A DNA stretch of 64,000 bases from Abditibacteriaceae bacterium (GTDB lineage: Bacteria > Armatimonadota > Abditibacteriia > Abditibacteriales > Abditibacteriaceae): positions 672,001 through 736,000 of the forward strand of contig OZ255721.1 of assembly GCA_965277285.1 (NCBI GenBank), read 5' to 3'. A program made the position numbers and the translations under genes. Position 1 is the stretch's first letter, and each line of letters opens with the position of its first letter. Positions 19,363 through 28,336 of this stretch are shown here, piece after piece. A model generated the notes under the pieces. That model ran no database searches. It saw nothing but the letters and a program-made list of their open reading frames with translations, and was not told the origin of the DNA.

Positions 19363-20244
19363 ATGAACACATTCAGTACTCGTCGCACGCAGGAGGTGAT
19401 TTCGAGCCGCAATCATCCTCTGATCAAAAAGATTCGCGGCTTGCATTTGCGTTCTGAACGCGAGCGCAGCGGATTATTTTACATCGAAGGCGTGCGCTTC
19501 ATCGCGCAAACTTTGGCGCAGAAAGTCGCAGTTGACACCTTGATTTACGCGCCGTCGTTGTTGACGAACTCGGTTGGCGTCAGATTAGTCCGCGAACAAA
19601 AACGCGCGGGCGGTCGCTGTCTCGAAGTAACGCCCGAAGTGTTGCATTCGATTTCGCTGAACGACGATCCACAAGGCATCGGTGCGATTGTGCCGCAACG
19701 TTGGACAAAGCTGGAAAACATCGAACCGTCGCGCGATTTGTGCTGGATCGCGCTGGAAACCGTGCAATCGGCGGGTAATCTGGGAACGATTGTTCGCACC
19801 AGCGAAGCCGTCAGCGGCGCGGGAATCATTCTCATCGGCGACAACGCGGATGTTTATGATCCGGCAACGGTGCGCGCCAGCATGGGCGCAATGTTTTCGC
19901 AACGCTTCGTCCGCACTTCGATGAGCGAATTTCTAACATGGAAAGCGCAACAGGGCTGCTTGCTGGTTGGAACTTCACCGTCGGCTAAAACCGTGTATCA
20001 CGAAGTTGAGTTGCGCGCGCCTTTGGTTTTGTTCATGGGCTGGGAACGCAAAGGTTTGTCTGTCGAGCAACAAAACGCGTGCGACATCATGGTGAAATTG
20101 CCGATGATTGGCAAAAGCGATTCGCTCAATTTGGCGGTGGCGACCGGCGTGATGCTGTATGAAGTGCTGCGCCAAAGCCAGGTGCGCCAAAGCCAGGTGC
20201 GACAAAACGCAATGCAACGAATCGAGTACTCGAATCGTGTATGA
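19363..20244 (+). CDS. TrmH/SpoU family RNA methyltransferase
   Basis: ISSRNHP, GNLGTIVRT, VRASMGA, MGWERKGL, SLNLAVATGVMLYE. Confidence 0.92.
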   Translation: MNTFSTRRTQEVISSRNHPLIKKIRGLHLRSERERSGLFYIEGVRFIAQTLAQKVAVDTLIYAPSLLTNSVGVRLVREQKRAGGRCLEVTPEVLHSISLNDDPQGIGAIVPQRWTKLENIEPSRDLCWIALETVQSAGNLGTIVRTSEAVSGAGIILIGDNADVYDPATVRASMGAMFSQRFVRTSMSEFLTWKAQQGCLLVGTSPSAKTVYHEVELRAPLVLFMGWERKGLSVEQQNACDIMVKLPMIGKSDSLNLAVATGVMLYEVLRQSQVRQSQVRQNAMQRIEYSNRV

Positions 20245-20284
20245 TTGACGTGTAAGATTGAACAAAAGAAAAGGAAATTTGCGG

Positions 20285-20309
20285 TGAACATTCGGGATGA
20301 AAGTGCGTC
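20285..20309 (+). promoter_or_regulatory. Putative ECF-type autoregulatory promoter
   Basis: TGAAC-N16-CGTC about 50 bp upstream of the ECF sigma gene; matches the AAC/CGT ECF promoter architecture. Confidence 0.35.
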
Positions 20310-20360
20310 GTGAGGAAGGACAAGTACACGACGCACAATTTCCTGCAATGAGGTGCCGCG

Positions 20361-20990
20361 ATGGTTGCGATGGCCTATCCGAGATCAATATCCAGCCGTG
20401 AAGCCGCCGACGAAGACGCGATCCTTATCGAACGCGCTCTCGATGGCGAGTTGCCCGCGTTCGAGTCGCTCGTTTCGCGTTATCAAACGCGCATCGTGGC
20501 GTATTCGGCGCGTATGCTGAACGATCACGACGAAGCCGAAGACGTGGCGCAGGAAACCTTCATCAAAGCGTATCGTTCGCTCGATTCGTTTCGTGGTGCG
20601 AGTTCCTTTTCGACGTGGCTTTATCGCATTGCGACCAACCTTTGCATCGACCGCGCGCGCGCCAAAAAGCGCCGCCCGCAGCAAGCTTATTCGCTGGATG
20701 AGCCGTTCGACAAAGAAGACAATTCCGGCACGCGCGAGATTGCCGATCTTTCCGCAGAACCTTCGCGCGGCGTCGAACGCGATGAACTGCGCCGTCAAGT
20801 GCGTTTGACGGTCGCTGAGATGCCGGAAAAACTGCGCGCCGTTCTCGTCATGTGCGATATTCAGGGCATGGCGTATGAACAAATCGCACAGACATTGGAT
20901 TGCCCGATCGGAACTGTCAAAAGCCGTTTGTTCCATGCGCGCGCCGATCTCGCCCGCCGCTTGCGTCCTTATATGCACGGCGTGAAGTAA
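20361..20990 (+). CDS. ECF sigma-70 factor (RpoE/SigW-like)
   Basis: AEDVAQETFIKAY, FSTWLYRIATN, GTVKSRLFHAR. Confidence 0.93.
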   Translation: MVAMAYPRSISSREAADEDAILIERALDGELPAFESLVSRYQTRIVAYSARMLNDHDEAEDVAQETFIKAYRSLDSFRGASSFSTWLYRIATNLCIDRARAKKRRPQQAYSLDEPFDKEDNSGTREIADLSAEPSRGVERDELRRQVRLTVAEMPEKLRAVLVMCDIQGMAYEQIAQTLDCPIGTVKSRLFHARADLARRLRPYMHGVK

Positions 20991-21046
20991 GAATTGAGAC
21001 ATCGAGTACCCGAAAGTGACGCACGTTCCCCAGGATCGTGAGAATT

Positions 21047-21622
21047 ATGAAAAAAGTGACAAAAGATGAATTGATGGATTGGATGGACGGCACGCTGAGC
21101 GCAACGCGTCGCGCCGAAGTGGACGCGCATTTGAGCGCCAACGCCGAAGACGCGCAACTCGTCGCCGACATGAAAGAAGCGCTGGGAATGTTGCACGAAT
21201 GGAACGCGGCGGAAAGTGTGACAGTCAGCGACAATTTCTGGCCGCAATTGCGCGACAAACTGCCGGAAAAACCGGGCAGCGGCTGGCACGGACAAGTATC
21301 GCGCTTGGGCAACTGGTTGATGCCACGCCGCGAATGGAAAGTGCGCGCTGGTGTCGCGGTGTTCGCGGTTTGTGCGGCCCTGGCGACTTTGTTTTTTGCG
21401 CCGAAGAATGCGACGCACACGGTTCAAGCGCAGACTTATACGCTTTCGGCAGACGAGCAGCAGTTCGTTCGCCAGTCGCTGATGCAACATCGCACTTACG
21501 CGGCGGTGCAGCCACTGAATACGGCGCCGGTCGCACAAACCGATGGCCGCAATCAGGACGGCGACGGCAACGATGACAGCGGTGATGGCGGCAACAGCAG
21601 CGGCGAATACGTTCCGCAATAA
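21047..21622 (+). CDS. Anti-sigma factor (single TM)
   Basis: Directly after ECF sigma; LMDWMDGTLS...VDAHL anti-sigma domain; one TM helix. Confidence 0.75.
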   Translation: MKKVTKDELMDWMDGTLSATRRAEVDAHLSANAEDAQLVADMKEALGMLHEWNAAESVTVSDNFWPQLRDKLPEKPGSGWHGQVSRLGNWLMPRREWKVRAGVAVFAVCAALATLFFAPKNATHTVQAQTYTLSADEQQFVRQSLMQHRTYAAVQPLNTAPVAQTDGRNQDGDGNDDSGDGGNSSGEYVPQ

Positions 21623-21640
21623 ACGTTTTTGAACCACAAT

Positions 21641-21677
21641 AACGGCGAACTGATTCCATCGGTTCGCCGCTGTTTTT
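21641..21677 (+). terminator. Intrinsic terminator-like hairpin
   Basis: CGGCGAAC-loop-GTTCGCCG followed by a T-rich tract. Confidence 0.5.
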
Positions 21678-21727
21678 GTTGAAGATGCTGCAAAATTAAC
21701 AACTTTTAGAAAGTTGGAAACAAAGTT

Positions 21728-22711
21728 ATGCGAATCGAGTACTCGAATTGGTCTTTTTTGCGCGCGCAACATCAATTGAAGTCGCGTCGTTTGAATCGCG
21801 CGTTGATACTGTCAGCGCTATCGTTGGCGCCGTTGATGGGCGCGCATTTGGTTCATGCGCAGGCCGATGCGCAAGCTGCCAAATTGTTGAATCAAATGGC
21901 GAACGCTGAGCGTGCCGCCACTTATTCGGCGACCGAAACAATTGCGCGCGGCGATTCGACGGTGCGCGTGCGAATTTGGCGTTTGGGGAAGAAAAGGCGT
22001 TTGGAATACTTGGAACCGGCGATCAATCGCGGCGATGTTCTGGTGGACGACGGGCAAAATACATGGCTTTATCATCGCGCAGAGAACGCGGCGATTCAAA
22101 CGCGCAGCCAGAACGACCGTTTGGGCGTTGGCACGTTGCGTCGTTTCGCGCGCGTCACAGGAGAAAGCCGCGTTGATGGCCGCTCCGTCTCTGTGGTGGA
22201 TATTCCACGTTCCGCCAACGGCAACGTGGCGCGCCGCATCTGGATCGACCGCGCGACGAAGTTGCGCCTGCAAGTGCAGTTTTTCGGTGCGCAAAATCAA
22301 TCGACAGGCCGCATCACAATCAGCGATTTGAAAGTGGGCGGCGTGGACGAATCACGTTTTCGCTGGCAGCCGCCTGCGGGCGCGCAGATCGTGCGCACCA
22401 ATGGCGCTTTGTTCTCGCAGTTCGCGCCCGCGAAACAAGCCGCTCCATGGTTGCAACGCCCGTATTTTGTACCTGCTGGTTTTCGCTTTGAAAGCGCTGT
22501 AGTGGACAGCGGCGAGGAAAAAGCGTGGTTGCGTTATGCCAGTCCGTCGCAACGTTTTTCGATTTTTCAGCAGCGCGCGACCAGTGCCAGCGGCAATGTC
22601 GAGCCGCAAAAAGTGGATGGCGGCTGGTATCGCGTCAATAACGGCAGCCGCTTGCTCATTGCGGGCGCGCCGGAAGAATTCGCGCAACGTATTTTGCAAA
22701 GCGTGCGCTGA
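21728..22711 (+). CDS. MucB/RseB-like periplasmic regulator (LolA-like fold)
   Basis: Signal peptide; RRLEYLEP, RIWIDRAT.L.L, VPAGF; position after sigma/anti-sigma. Confidence 0.7.
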   Translation: MRIEYSNWSFLRAQHQLKSRRLNRALILSALSLAPLMGAHLVHAQADAQAAKLLNQMANAERAATYSATETIARGDSTVRVRIWRLGKKRRLEYLEPAINRGDVLVDDGQNTWLYHRAENAAIQTRSQNDRLGVGTLRRFARVTGESRVDGRSVSVVDIPRSANGNVARRIWIDRATKLRLQVQFFGAQNQSTGRITISDLKVGGVDESRFRWQPPAGAQIVRTNGALFSQFAPAKQAAPWLQRPYFVPAGFRFESAVVDSGEEKAWLRYASPSQRFSIFQQRATSASGNVEPQKVDGGWYRVNNGSRLLIAGAPEEFAQRILQSVR

Positions 22712-22729
22712 TTTTTAATATCGAGTACT

Positions 22730-22767
22730 CGAAAAGCCTTTCGCAGCTATTTGCGAAAGGCTTTTCG
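22730..22767. terminator. Bidirectional terminator hairpin abutting a palindrome copy
   Basis: CGAAAAGCCTTTCGCA-loop-TGCGAAAGGCTTTTCG. Confidence 0.7.
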
Positions 22768-22773
22768 TCGTTT

Positions 22774-22846
22774 AACGAACCCGAAGCGTCAGCGCGGGGC
22801 TGACGTTACAATTACTTCAGCCCCGCGCTTACGCTCGGGGTTCGTT
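22774..22846. repeat. REP-like doublet, AACGAACCC family
   Basis: AACGAACCCGAAGCGTCAGCG ... CGCTTACGCTCGGGGTTCGTT; related copies at 25007 and 42416. Confidence 0.7.
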
Positions 22847-22849
22847 GGT

Positions 22850-23602
22850 TTACTCGAAAGTCTTTGTTGCCGCTTGCAATTTCTGCAACGCGCGCGGCGA
22901 AATCGGCGCTTGGTTGTTGATGTTCCAGCGGTTGATTTTATCAGCGACGGTCGACATCGGGCGCATAAACTTGACGTGACCATCCATGAAAAGATAGTTT
23001 GATGTTCCCAAATGTCCCGCGTACAGAATGTTCGTCCAGTTTTCATCGCCGTCGTCTTTGTCCCACGGCACGCCGATTTGTTGCGCTTCTGCGCTGTCGC
23101 CGTTCTTCTCAAAAGCCAGAATCGTCGTACCTGGCGAGTCAAAAACTGACAGTTCTCGCGGCTTGCTACTACGAAGTGGGCCGCCGATGATGGTATCGTA
23201 ACCGAGCGGCAATCCGTCAATAGCGAGCGTGTCGCTTTGCGAAGCAGGATTTTCGCGGCACAGCCACAACTCCGGACTTTTCGTATAAGGCTGAAGCAAG
23301 CTACGCCACGATTGCACTTTCCCAGTCCACTGCTTGCCCGATGTCAGCGGTGGAAAATGATCGTCGTTTTCTTGCATGTATTGCTGCATGGCCCAACCGA
23401 TTTGCTTCAAGTTGCTGGAGCAGGAAGCGCGGCGCGCTGAGGAACGCGAGCCACAGCCACAGGATGAGAAAAATATCTCGAATAGTACACAAAGAGCAAA
23501 CATGCCGAGAAAAGCTTTCATCAGCCATAACGAAATTATTCTCGATTGTTTCGGCTGTTGCGTCGTCGCGTTTTTACCTTCGGAAACATTCATTTGGTTC
23601 AC
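22850..23602 (-). CDS. DUF1559 / H-X9-DG domain protein
   Basis: ARRASCSSNLKQIG.A..QY, HLGTSNYLFMDGHVK. Confidence 0.85.
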   Translation of the reverse strand: MNQMNVSEGKNATTQQPKQSRIISLWLMKAFLGMFALCVLFEIFFSSCGCGSRSSARRASCSSNLKQIGWAMQQYMQENDDHFPPLTSGKQWTGKVQSWRSLLQPYTKSPELWLCRENPASQSDTLAIDGLPLGYDTIIGGPLRSSKPRELSVFDSPGTTILAFEKNGDSAEAQQIGVPWDKDDGDENWTNILYAGHLGTSNYLFMDGHVKFMRPMSTVADKINRWNINNQAPISPRALQKLQAATKTFE

Positions 23603-23736
23603 CTCGAGCTGCTTATTTTACATCTTTTGGTTTTGTCATTCATTGGATTTATGCTTGTGATAAAATGCACGGGCAGTGAAAGTGACGCGAATCGAGTACT
23701 CGATTGATGGAATGAAATGCGTGGGAGAACGAGCAA

Positions 23737-24981
23737 ATGCGAGAATTGGCATGGTGGAAAATGAGTGTCGGCTGCACGCTGGCGGCGATTAGTCTGGCCG
23801 GTTGCAAAGCGCCGGACGCGACGAGCAACGCAACAAACGGTGTGACAGCGACAAATACGACGGATAATGCGACAGATAGTAGCGCGACAACGACGAAAAT
23901 CGGCGCGGCGCAGCCTTATACGGGCGATGATATTTTGCTCGGCGAATACTCTTCGATGACCGGCACGACCGCGACTTACGGCAAAAGCACGCACACCGGC
24001 GTAATGATGGCGGTGGACGAAGCGAATGCGGCGGGCGGCGTTTTGGGCAAGAAAATCCGCGTGCAATTGGAAGATGACGGCAGCAAGCCCGAACAGGCGG
24101 CGACGGCTGTCACCAAACTCATCAACTCGGACAACGTGTTGATGGTGATCGGCGAAGTCGCATCGTCGCGTTCGCTGGCTGCGGCGCCGATTTGCCAGGC
24201 GGCGGGCGTGCCGATGATGTCGCCCGCTTCGACCAACCCGAAAGTGACGCAGGTCGGTGATTATATTTTCCGCGCCTGCTACATCGATCCGGTTCAAGGT
24301 CCGATCATCGCGCGCTTGGCCAGCCAGGATGAAAAAGCTAAAACTGCGGCGATTTTGAAAGACATCAAGAACGCGTACAGCGTTGGTTTGGCGGACACCA
24401 TCAAAGCCGAGTTCCTGAAAAATGGCGGTCAAATCGTGGCCGAAGAATCGTTTGGCGAAGGCGATAAAGATTTTCGCGCGCAACTGACGACCATCAAAAG
24501 CGCCAATCCAGATGTCGTTTTCGTGCCCGCCTATTACAACGAAGTCGCTCTTATCGCGCGCCAGATGCGTTCTCTGGGCATGAAACAGCCGATTTTGGGC
24601 GGCGATGGCATCGAATCGCCCAAGCTGATCGACATCGGACGCGAAGCCGTTAACGGCACGATGTTTACGACGCACTTTTCGTCCTCAAGCAAAGACCCGT
24701 TAGCCGTCAAATTCGTGCAAGGTTACAAGCAGCGCTACGGCGTGATTCCCGATGGTTTAACCGCTGTCGGCTACGATGCGGCGCGCCTTGTCATTGACGC
24801 AATTAAGCGCGCGGGCAGTACGGATCGCGCTAAAATCCGCGATGCACTGGCGACGACGAAAGATTTTCCAGGCGTTTCCGGCAAAATCACGCTCAACGCT
24901 GACCGCAATGCCGTCAAGCCGCTGGCCGTGATGAAAGTCGAAAACCAGAAATACGTTTACGTCAAAACCGTCAACCCATAA
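23737..24981 (+). CDS. Branched-chain amino acid ABC transporter substrate-binding lipoprotein (LivJ/K-like)
   Basis: Lipobox LAGC; AVDEANAAGGVLGK, SPASTNP, GYDAA. Confidence 0.9.
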   Translation: MRELAWWKMSVGCTLAAISLAGCKAPDATSNATNGVTATNTTDNATDSSATTTKIGAAQPYTGDDILLGEYSSMTGTTATYGKSTHTGVMMAVDEANAAGGVLGKKIRVQLEDDGSKPEQAATAVTKLINSDNVLMVIGEVASSRSLAAAPICQAAGVPMMSPASTNPKVTQVGDYIFRACYIDPVQGPIIARLASQDEKAKTAAILKDIKNAYSVGLADTIKAEFLKNGGQIVAEESFGEGDKDFRAQLTTIKSANPDVVFVPAYYNEVALIARQMRSLGMKQPILGGDGIESPKLIDIGREAVNGTMFTTHFSSSSKDPLAVKFVQGYKQRYGVIPDGLTAVGYDAARLVIDAIKRAGSTDRAKIRDALATTKDFPGVSGKITLNADRNAVKPLAVMKVENQKYVYVKTVNP

Positions 24982-25006
24982 ATCGAGTACTCGATTGCAC
25001 TTCTCG

Positions 25007-25084
25007 TTAACGAACCCTGAGTGTGAGCGATGGGTCTTCTGCGGCTCGGTGGAAGATCCGTCGCTGACGCTCAAGGTTCGTTAA
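25007..25084. repeat. REP-like doublet, AACGAACCC family
   Basis: TTAACGAACCCTGAGTGTGAGCGA ... TCGCTGACGCTCAAGGTTCGTTAA. Confidence 0.65.
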
Positions 25085-25107
25085 TTCGCTACTCCCGTTT
25101 TCCTTTC

Positions 25108-26040
25108 ATGGAACATTTGCATCAGATTTTCAATGCGCAGCAATTCTTCAACGCCTTGACGCTGGGCGCGATTTACGCTCTCATCGCGTTGGGCTACACG
25201 ATGGTTTATGGCGTTTTGCGATTGATAAATTTCGCGCACGGCGACATTTATATGTTCGGCGCGTTCGGCGGTTTTTTCGCGGCGGGCGCGCTCGGCGTCA
25301 CGCACCGTTTGGACGCCGGACAAGCGATTGGCGTGGGCGCGATTGTCGCTGTTTTCCTGATAGCGATGCTGGCCAGCGCCGCTGCGGGAACGCTCATCGA
25401 ACGTTTCGCGTATCGTCCTTTGCGCTCGTCGCCGCGCCTGACGACATTGATTACCGCGATTGGCGTTTCAATGCTGCTGGAATACGGCGGACAAGCAATT
25501 TCTCCCGATCCTCAAACTTTTCCCGCTCTGATTGCTGACAAACCCCTGATCAATACGCCCACATTCACGCTGTCGTCGGTTCAAGTCACCATTGTGATTG
25601 TCTCGTTTGTGCTGATGATTTTGCTGCAATGGATCGTGTCGCGCACGCGCATGGGACGCGCCATGCGCGCCGTTTCACAAGATCGCGCGGCGGCTTCTTT
25701 GATGGGCATCAACACCGATGTCGTAATCGCTTTTACCTTTGCTCTTGGTTCGGCTTTGGCGGCAGCGGCGGGCATTTTGAACTCGGTTTACAACCCAAGC
25801 ATTGATCCTTTGATGGGTTTGATTGTCGGCCTGAAAGCGTTTGTGGCGGCGGTTTTGGGCGGCATCGGCAGCATTCCGGGCGCGGTTTTGGGCGGCTTGC
25901 TGATGGGATTCGCGGAAACGGCGGTCATCGCAGGCGGCAAATCCGATTACAAAGATGCCATCGCCTTCGCTATTTTGATTTTGGTTTTATTGTTCCGTCC
26001 CGCCGGTTTGCTGGGACGCAGCACGCCCGAGAAAGTGTGA
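25108..26040 (+). CDS. livH: Branched-chain amino acid ABC transporter permease
   Basis: GAIYALIALGYTMVYGVLRLINFAHG, GLKAFVAAVLGGIGSIPGA. Confidence 0.9.
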   Translation: MEHLHQIFNAQQFFNALTLGAIYALIALGYTMVYGVLRLINFAHGDIYMFGAFGGFFAAGALGVTHRLDAGQAIGVGAIVAVFLIAMLASAAAGTLIERFAYRPLRSSPRLTTLITAIGVSMLLEYGGQAISPDPQTFPALIADKPLINTPTFTLSSVQVTIVIVSFVLMILLQWIVSRTRMGRAMRAVSQDRAAASLMGINTDVVIAFTFALGSALAAAAGILNSVYNPSIDPLMGLIVGLKAFVAAVLGGIGSIPGAVLGGLLMGFAETAVIAGGKSDYKDAIAFAILILVLLFRPAGLLGRSTPEKV

Positions 26041-26047
26041 CGCTTTT

Positions 26048-26075
26048 GTACGGGCGAGGCATGCCTCGCCCGTAC
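26048..26075. repeat. GTAC-type REP-like palindrome
   Basis: Perfect GTACGGGCGAGGCATGCCTCGCCCGTAC; relative at 31741. Confidence 0.65.
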
Positions 26076-26117
26076 GTTTTATTCGCAATCCAGTACTCGA
26101 TACCTCAATTTTCTTCC

Positions 26118-27368
26118 ATGAACCTGATTTATCCGCGCACTTTCTGGCCGCTTCGCATCCTTTTCGCTGTCCTTGTGCTGGGGCTTTTGTGGGTTTTGCA
26201 AAGTGCGGTGCCGCGAATTTTTGGGCCGTATGCGAACCACATCTTTCTGCTGGCTGGCATCAACATCATTTTAGCCGTCAGCCTGACTTTGATTAACGGC
26301 ATCACGGGACAATTTTCGCTGGGACACGCCGGATTCATGGCGGTTGGCGCGTATGCGTCTGCCGCGTTTACCTTTTACGCGGGGCCGCAAATTTTAGCGC
26401 GTTCGCAAAACGTGACGCTGGCCAATATCGTGATCGTTCTGATCTCGTTGCTGATTGCAGCGATTGCGGCGGGTTTGGCGGGATTGTTGGTCGGCTTGCC
26501 CAGTTTGCGCTTGCGCGGCGATTATCTGGCGATTGTGACGCTGGGTTTCGGGCAGATTTTTATTGCCGTGATTACAACTGTCAAGGAAGTCGGCGGCGCT
26601 CTGGGGTTTTCCAACTTGCCAGGTTTGACCAATTTTGTGTGGGTTTTCGCGGTGGCGATTGCGTGCGTGCTGGCGATTCGCAACCTTGCGAACTCGGCTT
26701 TGGGACGCTCAATGCGCGCGGTACGCGACGATGAAATCGCGGCGCAGGCGGTTGGCATCAACACCACCAAAATCAAAGTGACAGCGTTCGTGGTTTCGGC
26801 GATGTTCGCCGGTCTCGCGGGAATGTTGCAAGTTCATCTCGACCGCTTGGCGCAAACCGAAACGTTTTCCTTCACGCGCAGCGTCGAAGTCGTCGTGATG
26901 GTGGTTTTGGGCGGCCTGGGTTCGATTACGGGCGCCATTATTACGGCGATTTTGCTGACGATTTTAGTCGAAGTTTTGCGCAGCATCACCGGCGCGTTTT
27001 TCGTCGGCATCGGATTGATTGTGCTGGCGGCCATTTTATCGTTTCCGCGTTATACACAAAAGTTGCGCGAAGGTGGAACAGTGCGCGTACTCGCTTTGTT
27101 TCAATGGCTGCGGTTTCCGCTTTTGTTCCTCGCGCTGACGTTTTTCGTTTACTACAATCCTGCCGGACGCGCCTGGATGGAAGCGCGCGTTTCGGCTTTG
27201 CGCTACATCATTTACGCCTTGATTCTCATCGTTTTGATGTTGCTTCGTCCGCAAGGTTTGCTGGGACGCGGCGAGTTTGGCTGGCATTTATTTCGTCGTG
27301 CGCAAGACCAAAGCGGGGAACAATCGGTCGGCGGCGCGCTGGAAGCGGGGACGGGAACTGACGTTTAG
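26118..27368 (+). CDS. livM: Branched-chain amino acid ABC transporter permease
   Basis: GQFSLGHAGFMAVGAY, LRLRGDYLAIVTLGF, MVVLGGLGS. Confidence 0.9.
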   Translation: MNLIYPRTFWPLRILFAVLVLGLLWVLQSAVPRIFGPYANHIFLLAGINIILAVSLTLINGITGQFSLGHAGFMAVGAYASAAFTFYAGPQILARSQNVTLANIVIVLISLLIAAIAAGLAGLLVGLPSLRLRGDYLAIVTLGFGQIFIAVITTVKEVGGALGFSNLPGLTNFVWVFAVAIACVLAIRNLANSALGRSMRAVRDDEIAAQAVGINTTKIKVTAFVVSAMFAGLAGMLQVHLDRLAQTETFSFTRSVEVVVMVVLGGLGSITGAIITAILLTILVEVLRSITGAFFVGIGLIVLAAILSFPRYTQKLREGGTVRVLALFQWLRFPLLFLALTFFVYYNPAGRAWMEARVSALRYIIYALILIVLMLLRPQGLLGRGEFGWHLFRRAQDQSGEQSVGGALEAGTGTDV

Positions 27369-27420
27369 CGAAAACTCAGCAGTTGAAGCCAGGCGCGGAA
27401 TCGTTACATTGAAAACTGCT

Positions 27421-27948
27421 TCAGCGCGGAAAGAAGCGCTCTTCGTCCCACGGCAAACGCCATGATGAGGAGCGCAGTTGCAATTCTTCGGCTTTGCGCG
27501 CAGCCGCTTCGAGTACTCGATCTGTCCAATTTTCATCATTCGTTTGAACAATGACGACATCGAAGTTGTTTTCTTTGCCTTCTTGTCGCACGCCTTCGAG
27601 ATCATCGACGTGCAAGTCGATATCGAACGTCGGCGGATGTTTTGAAACGGTGCGTTCACAGCCGTTTTCGCCGACAATTTTGTCGTGCATTTCCTGGTTG
27701 ATGACCGCCGCAATTGGCACTCCGAAGAACCCAAACCAACGTTTGACGCTTTGTGGCGAACGATAGGAAGTCGTGTAAATGAAGATTTCCCAACCGTCTT
27801 GTCGCAGTTGGTTCATCAATTGGACGGTGCCCAAACGCAGCGGCTCGGCAAACCACGAGCGCAACCAAAACGGCACCGGATCCGGCTCGCGCGGCACCGC
27901 GGGATCGGAGCAAATTAGCGTGTCATCCAAATCGAACGAAATGCGCAT
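27421..27948 (-). CDS. HAD-superfamily-like hypothetical protein
   Basis: ISFDLDDTL motif I, IYTTS, LHVDD. Confidence 0.75.
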   Translation of the reverse strand: MRISFDLDDTLICSDPAVPREPDPVPFWLRSWFAEPLRLGTVQLMNQLRQDGWEIFIYTTSYRSPQSVKRWFGFFGVPIAAVINQEMHDKIVGENGCERTVSKHPPTFDIDLHVDDLEGVRQEGKENNFDVVIVQTNDENWTDRVLEAAARKAEELQLRSSSWRLPWDEERFFPR

Positions 27949-28336
27949 CGGCGTTAATTTTCAACTGGCGTCTTCGCCAGCGGCTTCAACAGACCAGTAT
28001 TTCCTGACGATAAGAGTAACACTCAATCGACCACAAAGCAAAAGTCGGCGCATTACAAGTGAACAACGACTTCTCAATATTTAATTGCAGAATCGAGTTC
28101 GGCCCAGTCTATTACGTAATATCGAGTACTCGATGTAACTACTTCTTATAAAAATCGATTTTTAAGTCTTTCGGCTCGTAACGCAATCCATTATCTTCTG
28201 GATGAACCAAGCGATGATCGAAAGAACTATTCTGCACTTCTGTTGGAATGCCCAATGGAAAAGACGTACAACAGCGGCGTCCATGCTTATAAACGCTCAA
28301 GAGATATTTGCAGCAAGCAGTATGCTGCTCCCTGTC

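Noticed and set aside
20168..20206. 15-bp tandem duplication (RQSQV twice) at the trmH 3' end
   Set aside because: Real but trivial in-frame slippage in a non-conserved tail
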